Source: an uncultured Haloferula sp.
Lineage (GTDB): Bacteria > Verrucomicrobiota > Verrucomicrobiia > Verrucomicrobiales > Akkermansiaceae
Length of the DNA stretch: 64,000 nt
NCBI GenBank assembly: GCA_965652295.1
Contig: CBFGTS010000009.1
Span: forward strand, 96,001 to 160,000
Direction: 5' to 3'
Of the stretch, positions 46,720-58,397 are shown piece after piece. A program made the translations under genes and the position numbers. Positions within the stretch are counted from its first letter, which is position 1; each line of letters opens with the position of its first letter. The notes beneath the pieces are model-generated. The model saw only the letters and a list, made by a program, of their open reading frames with translations, searched no databases and had not been told where the DNA came from.

Positions 46720-49011
46720 ATGTCAACCCAGCCCGCACTTCGTGTGCGACGGCCTTTTGCCGTCGCAGCTCTATCTCTTGCCCTCGTCGCCCCGCTTCAT
46801 GCGGAGGATTCACCGGCCGATCTGGTCGTGACCCTCCAGGGGTCCGACTCCACCCACAGTTTCTCGCACGGCAATACCTATCCAGCGGTCGCTCTGCCCT
46901 TCGCGATGAATGCCTGGTCGCCCTTCACCCAGCCGGTGAAGGATTCGTTCTTCTACCAATACCGGCAGACCAAGCTCCGCGGCTTGCGCCAGACCCACCA
47001 GCCGAGCCCATGGATCGCCGATTACGCCGCCTTCGCCGTGATGCCGGTCAGCGGCGAGCTGGTCTGCGACGAAGAAGGCCGCGCGTCCGAGTTCAGCCAT
47101 CAGCGGGAGATCGCGAAGCCCTACCACTACAAGGTGAAGATGGACACCTGGGATGTCGTCGCCGAGCTGACTCCCACCGAGCGCTGCGCTTCGTTCCGCT
47201 TCACTTATCCCGATGACAAAGACGCTTTCGTGGTCCTCGATGCGTTTCCGAAAGGTTCCTCGGTCGAGGTCCAGCCGGACGAGAACCGAATCATCGGCTG
47301 GGTGAAGAACAACAACGGCGGTGTGCCGGAGAATTTCGCCAATTATTTCGTCGTCCAGTTCGACCAGCCGTTCCTCGATCAGGGCACTTGGAAGCCCGGC
47401 TCCGAACCCACGAAGGACCTCAAGGCCGAGGACGAACACGTCGGTGCGTGGGTGAAAGTTGACCCCGCCAAGGGACCCGTGACTTTCCGGGTCGCGTCGT
47501 CGTTCATCGACCTCGACCAAGCCGAGGTGACGCTTGAGCGCGAGATCGGCGACCTCTCTTTCGATGAGGTGAAGGACAAGGCTTTCAAGCGCTGGAACGA
47601 GATCCTCGGCAAGATCGAGATTGAGGGCGGCTTGCCCGATCAACGGCGCACCTTTTACACCGCGCTCTACCGCTCGACCTTGTTTCCCCACCGTCTCAAC
47701 GAACCCGACAAGAACGGCAAAGACCGCTACTACAGCCCCTATGATGGCAAGGTTCACAACGGGGTGATGTTCACCGACAGCGGCTTCTGGGACACCTTCC
47801 GCTGCGTCCATCCGCTCTTCAACATCCTGTTCCCCGAGCTGAACGAGGAGATCCTCACCGGCGTCCTCGCCGCCTACGACCAGAGCGGCTGGCTGCCCGC
47901 CTGGGCGAGCCCCGGTCACCGCCCGTGCATGATCGGCAACCACGCCTTCTCGCTCTTCGCCGACGCCTGGGCCAAGGGCAATCGCGACTTCGATGCCAAG
48001 AAGGCGGTCAAGGCGATGCTCCACGATTCGGAAAATGAAGGACCGATGCATTCGATCGGGCGCGACGGTGCTCCGTCCTATCTGGAACGCGGATACGCAT
48101 CCCACGACAAGACCCACGAGTCCGCCGCCAAGACGCTCGAATACGCATACAACGACTACTGCGCGATGCTCGTCGCCGAGGGTGTCGGCAACAAGCAGGC
48201 CGCGGAAACGTTCCGCGAGCGGACCCAGAACTACAAAAAGCTCTGGGACCCCGAGGTGAAGTTCATGCGCGGACGGCTTTCCGACGGCGAATGGATGCCG
48301 GACTTCGATCCCGCCCGCTGGGGAAGCCCGTTCACCGAAGGTTGCTCGTGGCACTACACCTGGAGCGTTTTCCACGACATGCAGGGGCTCATCGACCTGA
48401 TGGGCGGTGACCAGGCTTTCACCGAAAAACTCGACTCCGTCTTCCAGGCCGACCCGCGCGTCAACACCGGCGCCTACGGCGGCATGATCCACGAAATGGC
48501 TGAAATGGTCGCCGCCAACATGGGGCAATACGCGCACGGCAATCAGCCGATCCAGCACATGATCTATCTCTACGGATACGCCGGCCAGCCGTGGAAAACC
48601 CAGGCACGGGTCCGTGAAGTCATGAACCGGCTCTATTTCCCCACGCCCGACGGCCTCTGCGGCGATGAAGACAACGGGCAGACTTCCGCCTGGTATGTCT
48701 TCAGCGCGCTCGGGATGTACCCGGTGAATCCCGCGAGCGATGAATACGTGATCGGCAGCCCGCTCTTCGACAAGGCGACGCTGCATCTCGACAACGGCAA
48801 GACCTTCGTCGTCACGGCCGACACCAACGGTCCGATGCGCCCCTACATTCAGGAAGCCAGCCTCAACGGCGAGCCGCTGAACCGCTGCTTCCTGCGTCAC
48901 GGCGAGATCGCCGGCGGAGGCGAAGTGCGGTTCCGCATGGATTCCTTCAAAAAGGAAGACTGGGCCGCCGGACCGGACGCCCGCCCCTCCTCGCAGTCCG
49001 CCCGGGATTGA
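46720..49011 (+). CDS. GH92 alpha-mannosidase
   Basis: GNTYP, THQPSPWI.DY, FWDTFR, MIGNH, TLEYAY.D, EG.SW.Y, HGNQP, GDEDNGQTSAWY. Confidence 0.95.
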   Translation: MSTQPALRVRRPFAVAALSLALVAPLHAEDSPADLVVTLQGSDSTHSFSHGNTYPAVALPFAMNAWSPFTQPVKDSFFYQYRQTKLRGLRQTHQPSPWIADYAAFAVMPVSGELVCDEEGRASEFSHQREIAKPYHYKVKMDTWDVVAELTPTERCASFRFTYPDDKDAFVVLDAFPKGSSVEVQPDENRIIGWVKNNNGGVPENFANYFVVQFDQPFLDQGTWKPGSEPTKDLKAEDEHVGAWVKVDPAKGPVTFRVASSFIDLDQAEVTLEREIGDLSFDEVKDKAFKRWNEILGKIEIEGGLPDQRRTFYTALYRSTLFPHRLNEPDKNGKDRYYSPYDGKVHNGVMFTDSGFWDTFRCVHPLFNILFPELNEEILTGVLAAYDQSGWLPAWASPGHRPCMIGNHAFSLFADAWAKGNRDFDAKKAVKAMLHDSENEGPMHSIGRDGAPSYLERGYASHDKTHESAAKTLEYAYNDYCAMLVAEGVGNKQAAETFRERTQNYKKLWDPEVKFMRGRLSDGEWMPDFDPARWGSPFTEGCSWHYTWSVFHDMQGLIDLMGGDQAFTEKLDSVFQADPRVNTGAYGGMIHEMAEMVAANMGQYAHGNQPIQHMIYLYGYAGQPWKTQARVREVMNRLYFPTPDGLCGDEDNGQTSAWYVFSALGMYPVNPASDEYVIGSPLFDKATLHLDNGKTFVVTADTNGPMRPYIQEASLNGEPLNRCFLRHGEIAGGGEVRFRMDSFKKEDWAAGPDARPSSQSARD

Positions 49012-49100
49012 CGCGCCCCGTTCCGCCCGCCTGCACCACGATCCCGGCGCTCGCGGCATTCTGCTAGAACCCTTCATCTCCAAGAAACCATAAAGCCCAT

Positions 49101-50261
49101 ATGAAACTCCATACCATGCCGATCCTGTTGGCCTTCCTCCTCATGGGGGTGGCCGATGCCATGGGGCCGCTGTCCGACGCCGTGAAGAAGCAGTTCCAGC
49201 TCTCCACGGTGATGGCGACGCTGATGCCCTTCTTCGTGTTCATCGCCTTCGCCATCTTCAGCGTGCCCGGCGGGGTTCTCGCCGCGCGGATCGGAAAGAA
49301 GAAGGTCCTGCTCCTGGGTCTCGGGCTCAATACCATCGCGGTGGCGGTGCCCGCTTTCATGAACCCACCCTACGCATTGCTGCTGGCCTGCATCTTTCTG
49401 TTGGGCGTCGGCACCACCTTCCTGCAGGTCGCGGGGAATCCCATCATGCGCGATGTCAGCCCTCCCGGCGACTACAGCCGCAACCTCGCCCTGGCCCAGG
49501 GATTCAAGGGCATTGGCAGCTCCGCTTCCGCCTTGCTGCCTTATGTCATCGGCGGCGTCGCCATCCTCGCCGCCATGGGCTGGCGCGGTGCGTTTCCCAT
49601 CTTCTTCGCGCTGATGGCGATCGCCTTCGTGCTCGTCGCCATGATGAAGATCGATGAAGCCAAGGCCGAAGTCCCACCCAGCATCGGCAGCTCTCTGGCG
49701 CTGCTCAGCATTCCGACCTTCGCCCTGGCCGTGCTGGGCATCTTCCTCTACGTCGGCGCGGAAGTCTGCATGGGCACCTTCCTCAAGCCCGTCCTCGCGG
49801 ATTTGGGCATGTCCGAGGAAAAGGCCGCCGGTTTCGGTCCCACGATGTTCTTCGCCTTCGTCACCGTCGGCCGGTTGGTCGCCGGCGTCATCAAGATCAA
49901 CCCCCATACCTTCTTCCGCGCTTCCGCCCTGCTCGGCCTCATCGGCGTCGGCTGCGTGATGTCCGGCATCCAGCAGCTCGCCCTGGTCGGCGTGGTGCTC
50001 GGCGGGCTCGGCTTCGCCAACATCTGGCCGATGCTGTTTTCGATCACCGTCGAGGAGAAACCGGAAGCCTCCAGCGAGCTTTCCGGCCTCATGTGCATGG
50101 CGATTTCCGGCGGAGCCCTGGTGCCGCTGGTGATGGGCAAATTGGTGGACACCGGCATGGCCAAGACGCTCGCCTTCGGCGTCCCCGCCGTGTGCTTCGT
50201 CTATCTCCTTCTGCTTTCCCTGAAGAGCGGCAAATCCACTCCGGCCGTCACCGCCGCCTGA
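49101..50261 (+). CDS. FucP-like MFS sugar transporter
   Basis: LQVAGNP, IFLYVGAEV, WP..F, MAISGGA..P. Confidence 0.88.
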   Translation: MKLHTMPILLAFLLMGVADAMGPLSDAVKKQFQLSTVMATLMPFFVFIAFAIFSVPGGVLAARIGKKKVLLLGLGLNTIAVAVPAFMNPPYALLLACIFLLGVGTTFLQVAGNPIMRDVSPPGDYSRNLALAQGFKGIGSSASALLPYVIGGVAILAAMGWRGAFPIFFALMAIAFVLVAMMKIDEAKAEVPPSIGSSLALLSIPTFALAVLGIFLYVGAEVCMGTFLKPVLADLGMSEEKAAGFGPTMFFAFVTVGRLVAGVIKINPHTFFRASALLGLIGVGCVMSGIQQLALVGVVLGGLGFANIWPMLFSITVEEKPEASSELSGLMCMAISGGALVPLVMGKLVDTGMAKTLAFGVPAVCFVYLLLLSLKSGKSTPAVTAA

Positions 50262-50280
50262 ACCCAGTCCTGACCGACTC

Positions 50281-51381
50281 ATGCAACTCGAATCCGACTC
50301 CCGCATCGTCCTAACGCTCGACGCCGGCGGCACGAACTTCCGCTTCGGTGCCATGCGCGGCGGCAAACCGCTCATCGAGACCGTGCTCCTGCCGTCGAAT
50401 GCCGACAACCTGGAGCTCTGCCTGAAGAATCTCATCGAGGGCTTTGAGACCGCCCGCTCGCGCTGCCCGGAGTCCCCGGTCGCCATCAGCTTCGCGTTTC
50501 CGGGACCGTGCGACTACCCCGCGGGCATCATCGGAGATCTGCCGAACCTCCCCGCCTTCCGCGGCGGCGTGCCGTTGGGTCCGATGCTTCAGGAAAAATT
50601 CGGCATCCCCGTGTTCATCAACAACGATGGCGACCTCTTCGTCTATGGCGAGGCGATCGCCGGTTTGCTGCCCCACGTCAATGCGCTGCTCGAACGCGTC
50701 GGCAGCCCGAAGCGCTACAAGAACCTCTTCGGCATCACCCTTGGCACCGGCCTCGGCGGCGGCATCGTCCGCGACGGCCACCTTTTCATCGGCGACAACT
50801 CGGTGGCCGCCGAAGTCTGGACCGTGCGCAACAAGCTCGACCCCCAGATGAACGCCGAAGAAGGAGCCTGCATCCGTGCCGTACGTCGCGTCTATGGCGA
50901 GCGGACCGGCACGCCTTTCGAGGAAACGCCGGAGCCGAAGGTGATCCACGACATCGCCCAAGGCATCGAGCCCGGCAATGTCGACGCCGCCCGCGAGGCC
51001 TTCCGCCGCCTCGGCGAAGTGGCCGGCGACGTCATGGCCACGGCGCTCACGCTGCTCGATGGCATCGGCGTCATCGGCGGCGGCGTCTCCGGCGCATGGT
51101 CCGCGTTCCTGCCGGCCTTGATCGAGGAAATGAACAGCGACTTCATTTCGCCCGACGGCAGCCGCTTCCGCCGTATGCCCGCCCGGGCCTTCAACCTCGA
51201 AGACCCCGCACAGCTTGAAACCTTCCTCAAAGGCGAATCGCGCGAGGTCGCCATTCCCGGCTCCGACCGCACCGTGCTCTACGATCCCATGCAGCGCACC
51301 GGCGTCGGCATGAGCCGCCTCGGCACCAGCGAGGCGATCTCCCTCGGGGCCTACGCCTACGCCCTGCAACAACTTGGCTGA
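50281..51381 (+). CDS. ROK-family sugar kinase
   Basis: LDAGGTN, AFPGP, FINNDG, TLGTGLGGG, IGGG. Confidence 0.9.
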   Translation: MQLESDSRIVLTLDAGGTNFRFGAMRGGKPLIETVLLPSNADNLELCLKNLIEGFETARSRCPESPVAISFAFPGPCDYPAGIIGDLPNLPAFRGGVPLGPMLQEKFGIPVFINNDGDLFVYGEAIAGLLPHVNALLERVGSPKRYKNLFGITLGTGLGGGIVRDGHLFIGDNSVAAEVWTVRNKLDPQMNAEEGACIRAVRRVYGERTGTPFEETPEPKVIHDIAQGIEPGNVDAAREAFRRLGEVAGDVMATALTLLDGIGVIGGGVSGAWSAFLPALIEEMNSDFISPDGSRFRRMPARAFNLEDPAQLETFLKGESREVAIPGSDRTVLYDPMQRTGVGMSRLGTSEAISLGAYAYALQQLG

Positions 51382-51396
51382 CATCTCAGACATCTC

Positions 51397-52809
51397 ATGA
51401 AATCGACCCAAGCCCTTCGTTTCCTCCTCGCCGCCGCGGTCGCCGCGCCGCTGCTCGCCGCCGATCCTCCGACCGCCCGCCCACCGGTCGACGAACGGCA
51501 CTTCCACAGCGAGGCCGTCGAAACGTTCATCGACAAGGTCAAGGCCGACATCGCCGATGGCGAAACCGCCCGCACCTTCGAGAACTGCTTCCCGAACACC
51601 CTTGATACCACCGTTTACTACACGGAGGAAAACGGCGTGCCGGACACCTACATCATCACCGGCGACATCGATGCCATGTGGCTGCGCGACTCATCCGCGC
51701 AGGTGAACCACTACATTCCGCTCGCCAAGGACGACGAGAAACTCGCCAATCTGATCGAAGGTCTGATCCGCCGCCAGACGCGCTACATCCTCATCGATCC
51801 CTACGCCAATGCCTTCTACCCCGAGCCTGACAAGGTCGGCGAATGGCAGAGCGACATGACCGAGATGCAGCCCGGCGTGCACGAACGGAAGTGGGAACTC
51901 GACTCACTGACCTACTGCATCCGCCTCGCGTGGAAATACTGGAAGGCCACCGGCGACACCGCGCCCTTCGACGAGACCTGGCTGGACGCGATGCAGCTCG
52001 CCGTGGACACCATGATCGTCCAACAGCGCAAGAATGGCAAAGGTCCCTACAGTTTCATGCGCAAGACCGAGTGGCAGACGGACACCGTGCCCGGCGCGGG
52101 CTTCGGCAATCCGATCAAGCCCACCGGCATGATCTGCTCGACCTTCCGCAACTCCGACGACGCCGCCACCTATCTCTTCAACATTCCCGAGAACCTAATG
52201 GCCGTCGTCAACCTCCGCCGCCTGGCCGAAATGCTCGATGCCTTGGAGAAAAAGCCCGAACTGGCCAAGACCGCCCGCGAGCTGGCCGACGAGGTCGAGA
52301 ACGCCGTCAAGCAGCATGGCATCGTCGATCATCCGAAACACGGCCGCATGTACGCCTACGAAGTCGACGGCTTCGGCAACGTCCTCATGATCGACGACGC
52401 CGGCCTGCCGAGCATCGTCGCCATCCCCTACCTCGGCTACGGCTCGATCGATGACGAGGTCTACCAGAACTCCCGTAGTTTCGCGCTGAGCGAGGACAAC
52501 CCGTATTTCTACAAAGGCAAGGCCGCGGAAGGCACCGGCAGTCCGCACCTCGCCCGCGCCGGCGACGGACTCATCTGGCCGATGGGCATCTCCTCCCGCG
52601 TGCTGACCAGCGACGATCCGCAGGAAATCGACAAGTGCCTGGAAATGCTCGTCCAGAACACCGGCGGCACCGGTTTCATGCACGAGGGCTTCCACAAGGA
52701 CGACGGCGACAACTACACCCGTCCGTGGTTCGCGTGGTCCAACTCGCTTTTCGGCGAGGCGGTCGTCTACACGTGGAAGAACCACCCCGAGGTGCTCAAG
52801 CAGCCCTGA
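51397..52809 (+). CDS. GH125 exo-alpha-1,6-mannosidase
   Basis: FENCFPNTLDTT, ITGDIDAMWLRDS, DPYANAF, ERKWELDS, AYEVDG, MHE.F, FAWSNSLF. Confidence 0.95.
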   Translation: MKSTQALRFLLAAAVAAPLLAADPPTARPPVDERHFHSEAVETFIDKVKADIADGETARTFENCFPNTLDTTVYYTEENGVPDTYIITGDIDAMWLRDSSAQVNHYIPLAKDDEKLANLIEGLIRRQTRYILIDPYANAFYPEPDKVGEWQSDMTEMQPGVHERKWELDSLTYCIRLAWKYWKATGDTAPFDETWLDAMQLAVDTMIVQQRKNGKGPYSFMRKTEWQTDTVPGAGFGNPIKPTGMICSTFRNSDDAATYLFNIPENLMAVVNLRRLAEMLDALEKKPELAKTARELADEVENAVKQHGIVDHPKHGRMYAYEVDGFGNVLMIDDAGLPSIVAIPYLGYGSIDDEVYQNSRSFALSEDNPYFYKGKAAEGTGSPHLARAGDGLIWPMGISSRVLTSDDPQEIDKCLEMLVQNTGGTGFMHEGFHKDDGDNYTRPWFAWSNSLFGEAVVYTWKNHPEVLKQP

Positions 52810-52836
52810 TTCCGGGAAAAGACTTTCCGCAAGTTC

Positions 52837-52871
52837 CGGCCCGCCTCCCGTTTTCGGGAAGCGGGCCGTTT
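52837..52871. terminator. Hairpin/terminator between convergent GH125 and pfk
   Basis: cggcccgcctcccg-tttt-cgggaagcgggccg-ttt. Confidence 0.7.
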
Positions 52872-52919
52872 ACTACCTGCTTGCGTCGAAACCGGCGCGC
52901 AAGCCACTCCCAGCGAAAT

Positions 52920-54254
52920 TCAACCCTTCATCACCGACGGCTGGCCGGTCGCCTCGACCACCGAGCGCCAGAAATCGCCGTGCGGATCGACCTTCCGCCG
53001 CCCGCGGGTCACGACCTTCATCGGCAGATGGACGAAACGCTGGTGCCAGCGCGCGACCACCATGCCCGTCTTGCCCGCCATCCCGGCGTGGACGGCGTGG
53101 CGGGCGAGGTTGAGGCAAAACACCCGGTCCTCCGGCGCGGCGGGGACACTGCGGATGGTATAACTCGGATCGATGTATTTCAGAGTCACGTCCTTTCCCT
53201 GCTCCTTGAAATGGCGGTTGATCCGGTCGCGCAGGAAAATTCCGATGTCCTCGTGCAGCTTGTTGCCCGAGGCATCGAGCCGCGCATCCGAAGCCGGGAT
53301 CAGGTCCTGTCCCGCGCCCTCCGCCACCACGATCACCGCATGGCCGCGCTGTTCGAGCCGCCGCCCCAGTGCCGCCAGCAGGCCGTGCTCGCCCTCCAGA
53401 TCGAAGCTCACCTCGGGGATCAGAACGAAATTCACCTCACCGGTGGCGAGCGCCGCCGAGCAGGCGATGAAGCCGGAGTCGCGACCCATCAGCTTCACCA
53501 GCCCGATCCCGTTCCGCGCGCCCCGGGCCTCGGCATGCGCGCCGGTCACCGCGTGGCAGGCGGCTGCGAAGGCCGTTTGGTAGCCGAAGCTTCGGTCCAT
53601 GAACATCAGGTCGTTGTCGATCGTCTTCGGCACACCGATGATCGAGATCCCGTTGCCGCGGCTCTGGCATTCCTCGTAAAGATCGGTGGCACCGCGCTGC
53701 GAGCCATCGCCCCCGATCACGAACAGGATATCCACGCCCAGCGCTTCCAGCCGGTTGACCATGACCTTGGTGTCCTTCCGTCCCCTCGAGGAGCCGAGAA
53801 ACGTCCCGCCGAAATACGGAAGATTCATCACCATCTCCGGAGTCAGCTCCAGCGGGCGGTGCCCGTGGGCGGGATCGAGCCCTTCGTATCCATACTGGAT
53901 GCCCAAAATACGACGCACGCCGTAGGCGTAGTAGGACTGCATCACGATCGTGCGGATGACGTCATTGAGGCCCGGGCAAAGGCCGCCGCAGGTGACGATG
54001 GCGACACAGGTCTGGGAGGGGTTGAAATAGATTTCCTTCCGCGGTCCCGCCAGTTCGATCGTCGGCAGGGCCTCGCCCCGTTCCAGCGCCTCCTCGATTT
54101 TCCGGATGTGGTCGCAGAGCACGATGCGGTCGCCATCGGTGTGCCAGCCGGTGCCGTCGGCCGAGAAATTGCGCTGCCAGCCGGGTGACGGGAATCGCTT
54201 TTCGCCGAGGTTCGGGATCTGAAGTTCTTCGAGGGTGATGGAATGATGGCTCAT
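52920..54254 (-). CDS. pfkA: ATP-dependent 6-phosphofructokinase (group X type)
   Basis: TCGGLCPGLN, GGDG (Gly, ATP-type) with PKTIDND, MGR, YIDPSY.IRS. Confidence 0.92.
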   Translation of the reverse strand: MSHHSITLEELQIPNLGEKRFPSPGWQRNFSADGTGWHTDGDRIVLCDHIRKIEEALERGEALPTIELAGPRKEIYFNPSQTCVAIVTCGGLCPGLNDVIRTIVMQSYYAYGVRRILGIQYGYEGLDPAHGHRPLELTPEMVMNLPYFGGTFLGSSRGRKDTKVMVNRLEALGVDILFVIGGDGSQRGATDLYEECQSRGNGISIIGVPKTIDNDLMFMDRSFGYQTAFAAACHAVTGAHAEARGARNGIGLVKLMGRDSGFIACSAALATGEVNFVLIPEVSFDLEGEHGLLAALGRRLEQRGHAVIVVAEGAGQDLIPASDARLDASGNKLHEDIGIFLRDRINRHFKEQGKDVTLKYIDPSYTIRSVPAAPEDRVFCLNLARHAVHAGMAGKTGMVVARWHQRFVHLPMKVVTRGRRKVDPHGDFWRSVVEATGQPSVMKG

Positions 54255-54407
54255 GGCGTTTGGCGGAACGACGTGAAGCTAGCACGATGCCGGACGGGGA
54301 CGAATCCCATGGCTTGCGCAATGTCCCGCGGATTCTGATTTCCCCGCGCATGAATCCTGAATTCCCGATGGACCTTGCGGGGCATTGCCCGAAATTGGGG
54401 CCGCGCC

Positions 54408-55718
54408 ATGCCGGAGAAACCCCGCCCTCAGATCCCCGATACGACCACGGGTGACGTGCGGCGGCTACCGGCGGGAAGGTGGCGGCTGCCGGAGGCTCTG
54501 TCGGCCTTCAGCCACCGGAACTACCGGATCTTCTTCACCGGACAGGCTGTCTCGCTGATCGGAACCTGGCTGCAATCCACCGCGGAAGGTTGGCTGGTTT
54601 ATCAGCTCAGCGGCTCCTCGGTCGCGCTCGGCTTCATCCGCTTCGCCCACATGCTGCCCTTCGCGCTGCTGGCGCTATGGGGCGGGATCGCGGCCGACCG
54701 GCACCCGAAACGCTCGATCCTCCTCTGCACCCAGACCGCATCGATGATGCTGGCGCTGCTGCTGGCCCTGCTCGTCTGGCAGGACGTCATCGAAGTCTGG
54801 CACGTCGCCGCCATCGGCTTCCTGCTCGGCACGGTCAACGCCTTCGATGTGCCCGCACGGCAGTCCTTCGTGGTCGAACTGGTGGGCCGCGACAACCTCG
54901 ACAACGGCATCGCGCTGAATTCGTCCATGTTCAACCTCGCCCGGGTCATCGGTCCCGCGGTGGCCGGGCTGCTGATCGGTTTGGTGGGAATGGCGGGCTG
55001 TTTCCTGCTCAACGGCCTTTCCTACCTCGCGGTCATCGCCGGCTACCTGATGCTGCGATTGCCCCATTTCGAGAAACGGCGGGATCATCCCACCTTCGGC
55101 AGCGCGATCCGCGAGGCCGGTGCCTACATCCTCGGCAACGGGCCGCTGCGGAGGATCATGATGCTCGTTTCGACCTTCAGCATTTTCGGGATCAGCTTCA
55201 TCGTGCTGATGCCGGTCTTCGCCAAAGACATCCTCGGTGGCGACGCGGCCACCTTCGGCACGCTCATGGCCTGCAATGGCGGCGGTGCGCTGGCCGGTGC
55301 CCTGACGCTGGCCACCTTCGGCAAACGGTTCCGCCGCCGGACCCGTCTCTATGCCGGCCTCTTCGGATGCAGCGCGCTGAACGTCGTTTTCGCGCTGTCC
55401 CGTATCGAGTGGCTCTCCTGCCTGCTGCTGCTTTTCTCCGGGTTCTTCATGATCATCTTCCTGGCGACCGCGAACACCTCCACCCAGCTGCGTTCGCCCG
55501 ACGCCCTGCGCGGCCGGATCATGGGTTTCTATTCGCTCGCCTTCCTCGGGCTCAGCTCGGTCGGCAGCCTGCTGACCGGGTTTCTGGCGAAACATCTCGG
55601 TACCCCGCAGACCGTGGCACTGGGCGCGACCGTCTGCGCTGTGATTGGGTCGTTGCTCCTCCGGCGCATCACCCCCTTGGCTGCCGATCCTCGTGCCGAG
55701 CAGGAAAAGTCCGACTGA
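54408..55718 (+). CDS. MFS transporter (DHA3/MFS_3 family)
   Basis: SLIGTWLQ, GG..ADR..KR, AFDVPARQSF, IALNS..FN.ARV.GP, RGR.MG. Confidence 0.88.
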   Translation: MPEKPRPQIPDTTTGDVRRLPAGRWRLPEALSAFSHRNYRIFFTGQAVSLIGTWLQSTAEGWLVYQLSGSSVALGFIRFAHMLPFALLALWGGIAADRHPKRSILLCTQTASMMLALLLALLVWQDVIEVWHVAAIGFLLGTVNAFDVPARQSFVVELVGRDNLDNGIALNSSMFNLARVIGPAVAGLLIGLVGMAGCFLLNGLSYLAVIAGYLMLRLPHFEKRRDHPTFGSAIREAGAYILGNGPLRRIMMLVSTFSIFGISFIVLMPVFAKDILGGDAATFGTLMACNGGGALAGALTLATFGKRFRRRTRLYAGLFGCSALNVVFALSRIEWLSCLLLLFSGFFMIIFLATANTSTQLRSPDALRGRIMGFYSLAFLGLSSVGSLLTGFLAKHLGTPQTVALGATVCAVIGSLLLRRITPLAADPRAEQEKSD

Positions 55719-55760
55719 GCCCTCTACTTTAGACTGGCTCCTCTGTGAGCTTCTCCGACC

Positions 55761-56189
55761 TCACTCCTTCCCATCGAGGTATTTCCACTCCCCCCGATGG
55801 CGGCGGAAGCGCGACACCTCATGAAGCTCCTGCGGTTCGCCCTGCACAAAATACGTCGCCACGAACTCGACCTTGCCGACCTTGTCGTCCCGCTCGCCCT
55901 TCGCCTTCCCGAGGATCTCCAGCCCGGCCCAGTTCACCTGATGGATCATCTTCTCGATCTCCTTCCGCAAGCCCGGCTCGCGGGTGTCCGGATGGGTTGT
56001 CTCCACCAGATACCCGGTAAGACGGAAATAGTAGGCGCTGTAGCGCGACCGCATCAACTGCTCCGCCGTCGCCGGCTTCGCCTTCGAGTGATGGAACGGC
56101 ATGCAGCAGGTTTCATACGACCGGCCGCTCTTGCACGGGCAAGCGCCTTCGTATCGCGGACGGACGGTTTTTCCTGATGGCTTGCTCAC
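55761..56189 (-). CDS. ychJ: YchJ-family SEC-C metal-binding protein
   Basis: CPCKSG..Y..CC, TAEQLMRSRYSAY, VEF.A, W.YLDG. Confidence 0.92.
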   Translation of the reverse strand: MSKPSGKTVRPRYEGACPCKSGRSYETCCMPFHHSKAKPATAEQLMRSRYSAYYFRLTGYLVETTHPDTREPGLRKEIEKMIHQVNWAGLEILGKAKGERDDKVGKVEFVATYFVQGEPQELHEVSRFRRHRGEWKYLDGKE

Positions 56190-56196
56190 AATGAAT

Positions 56197-57054
56197 TCAA
56201 TCTTCTCTCATCGACCGGATCGCCAGCAGCAGCGCGCCGCGGATGCCGGCCTGCTGCCCGTGACGGGGCGGGACGATGAACGTCTCCTCACCCTCCGCCA
56301 CCGGGAAATACCCGGCCGCCCGCTCGCGGACCAGCTTTTCAACCCGCGCATGAAATCCCTCCGCCTGCGACACCCCGCCGCCGATCACGATCCGCCGCGG
56401 CGAAACAGTCGCCAGCAGGGTCATCACGGCCTCCGCCAGATAGTGGGCCTCGAACTCCCACGCCCGGTGATCGTCCGGCAGATCCTTCGCTTCCTTTCCC
56501 CAGCGCTTCGCGATCGATGGGCCGCTCGCCATCCCCTCAAGACAGTCCTTGTGGAACGGGCAGACTCCTTCGAAATCGTCGCCCTCCGCGCGCACCGGCC
56601 GCCAGTGACCGAATTCCGGATGCAATGCTCCGTGCACCAGCCGTCCGTCCGACAAAATCCCGCCGCCGATCCCGGTCCCGATGGTGATGTAGACCAGATC
56701 CGGAAGCCCCCCCGCCTCCGCCAGCGCCGCCGCGTTCACATCCGTATCCAGCGCGAACGAAGCCCCGGGAAACGCATCGGACAGCGCCCCGCGGATCGAG
56801 AATCCCTTCCACCCCGGCTTCGGCGTCGATAGCATGCTGCCGTATTCCACGCTCGTGGGATTCACATCCACCGGTCCGAACGCGGCCACGCCGATCGCCG
56901 ACGGCTGTCCCCGTTCCTTGAACCAGGCGATGGCCCTTTCGAAAGTCTCCGGCCCGTCCGTCGTCTCATAGCGATGCTCCTCGAGCACCTCCCCGGCCCC
57001 GTTGCCGATGGCCACCACCGTCTTGGTGCCTCCCATTTCAATGCCGCAAATCAC
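56197..57054 (-). CDS. ROK-family fructokinase (ScrK/YdhR-like)
   Basis: IEMGGTK, FGP, TPKPGW, TDVN, TIGTGIGGG, HPEFGH, CPFH..CLEG. Confidence 0.9.
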   Translation of the reverse strand: MICGIEMGGTKTVVAIGNGAGEVLEEHRYETTDGPETFERAIAWFKERGQPSAIGVAAFGPVDVNPTSVEYGSMLSTPKPGWKGFSIRGALSDAFPGASFALDTDVNAAALAEAGGLPDLVYITIGTGIGGGILSDGRLVHGALHPEFGHWRPVRAEGDDFEGVCPFHKDCLEGMASGPSIAKRWGKEAKDLPDDHRAWEFEAHYLAEAVMTLLATVSPRRIVIGGGVSQAEGFHARVEKLVRERAAGYFPVAEGEETFIVPPRHGQQAGIRGALLLAIRSMRED

Positions 57055-57246
57055 AGCCGCAAGGAATCACAGGCCCCCGCCGCCCTCCAGCCACAAAATT
57101 CGCGCCCTGCGTCAAGCTCCCACCTCGAAAGCTGCTATTCGCCGCCTCGCTTGCAGAACCGGACCCTACGCGTTCCCTGAGCGAGAATCCGCATTCTGCA
57201 TTCAGCATTCGACAATTGGCACCCCGGCCGCTACCCCGCCCGGGTC

Positions 57247-58278
<1,032 letters not shown>

Positions 58279-58292
58279 TTTGATCCTTTTGC

Positions 58293-58333
58293 AAAGGAGG
58301 GCGGATCCGGTGACGGGTCCGCCTTCTTTTTTT
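58293..58333. terminator. Rho-independent terminator after fba
   Basis: aaaggagggcggatccg-gtga-cgggtccgccttc-ttttttt. Confidence 0.9.
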
Positions 58334-58397
58334 GGGGGGCGGCCCCATGCCAGCAGGAACCCGTGTTGAGAATCACCCTCCCACTTCCTCGAGGACG

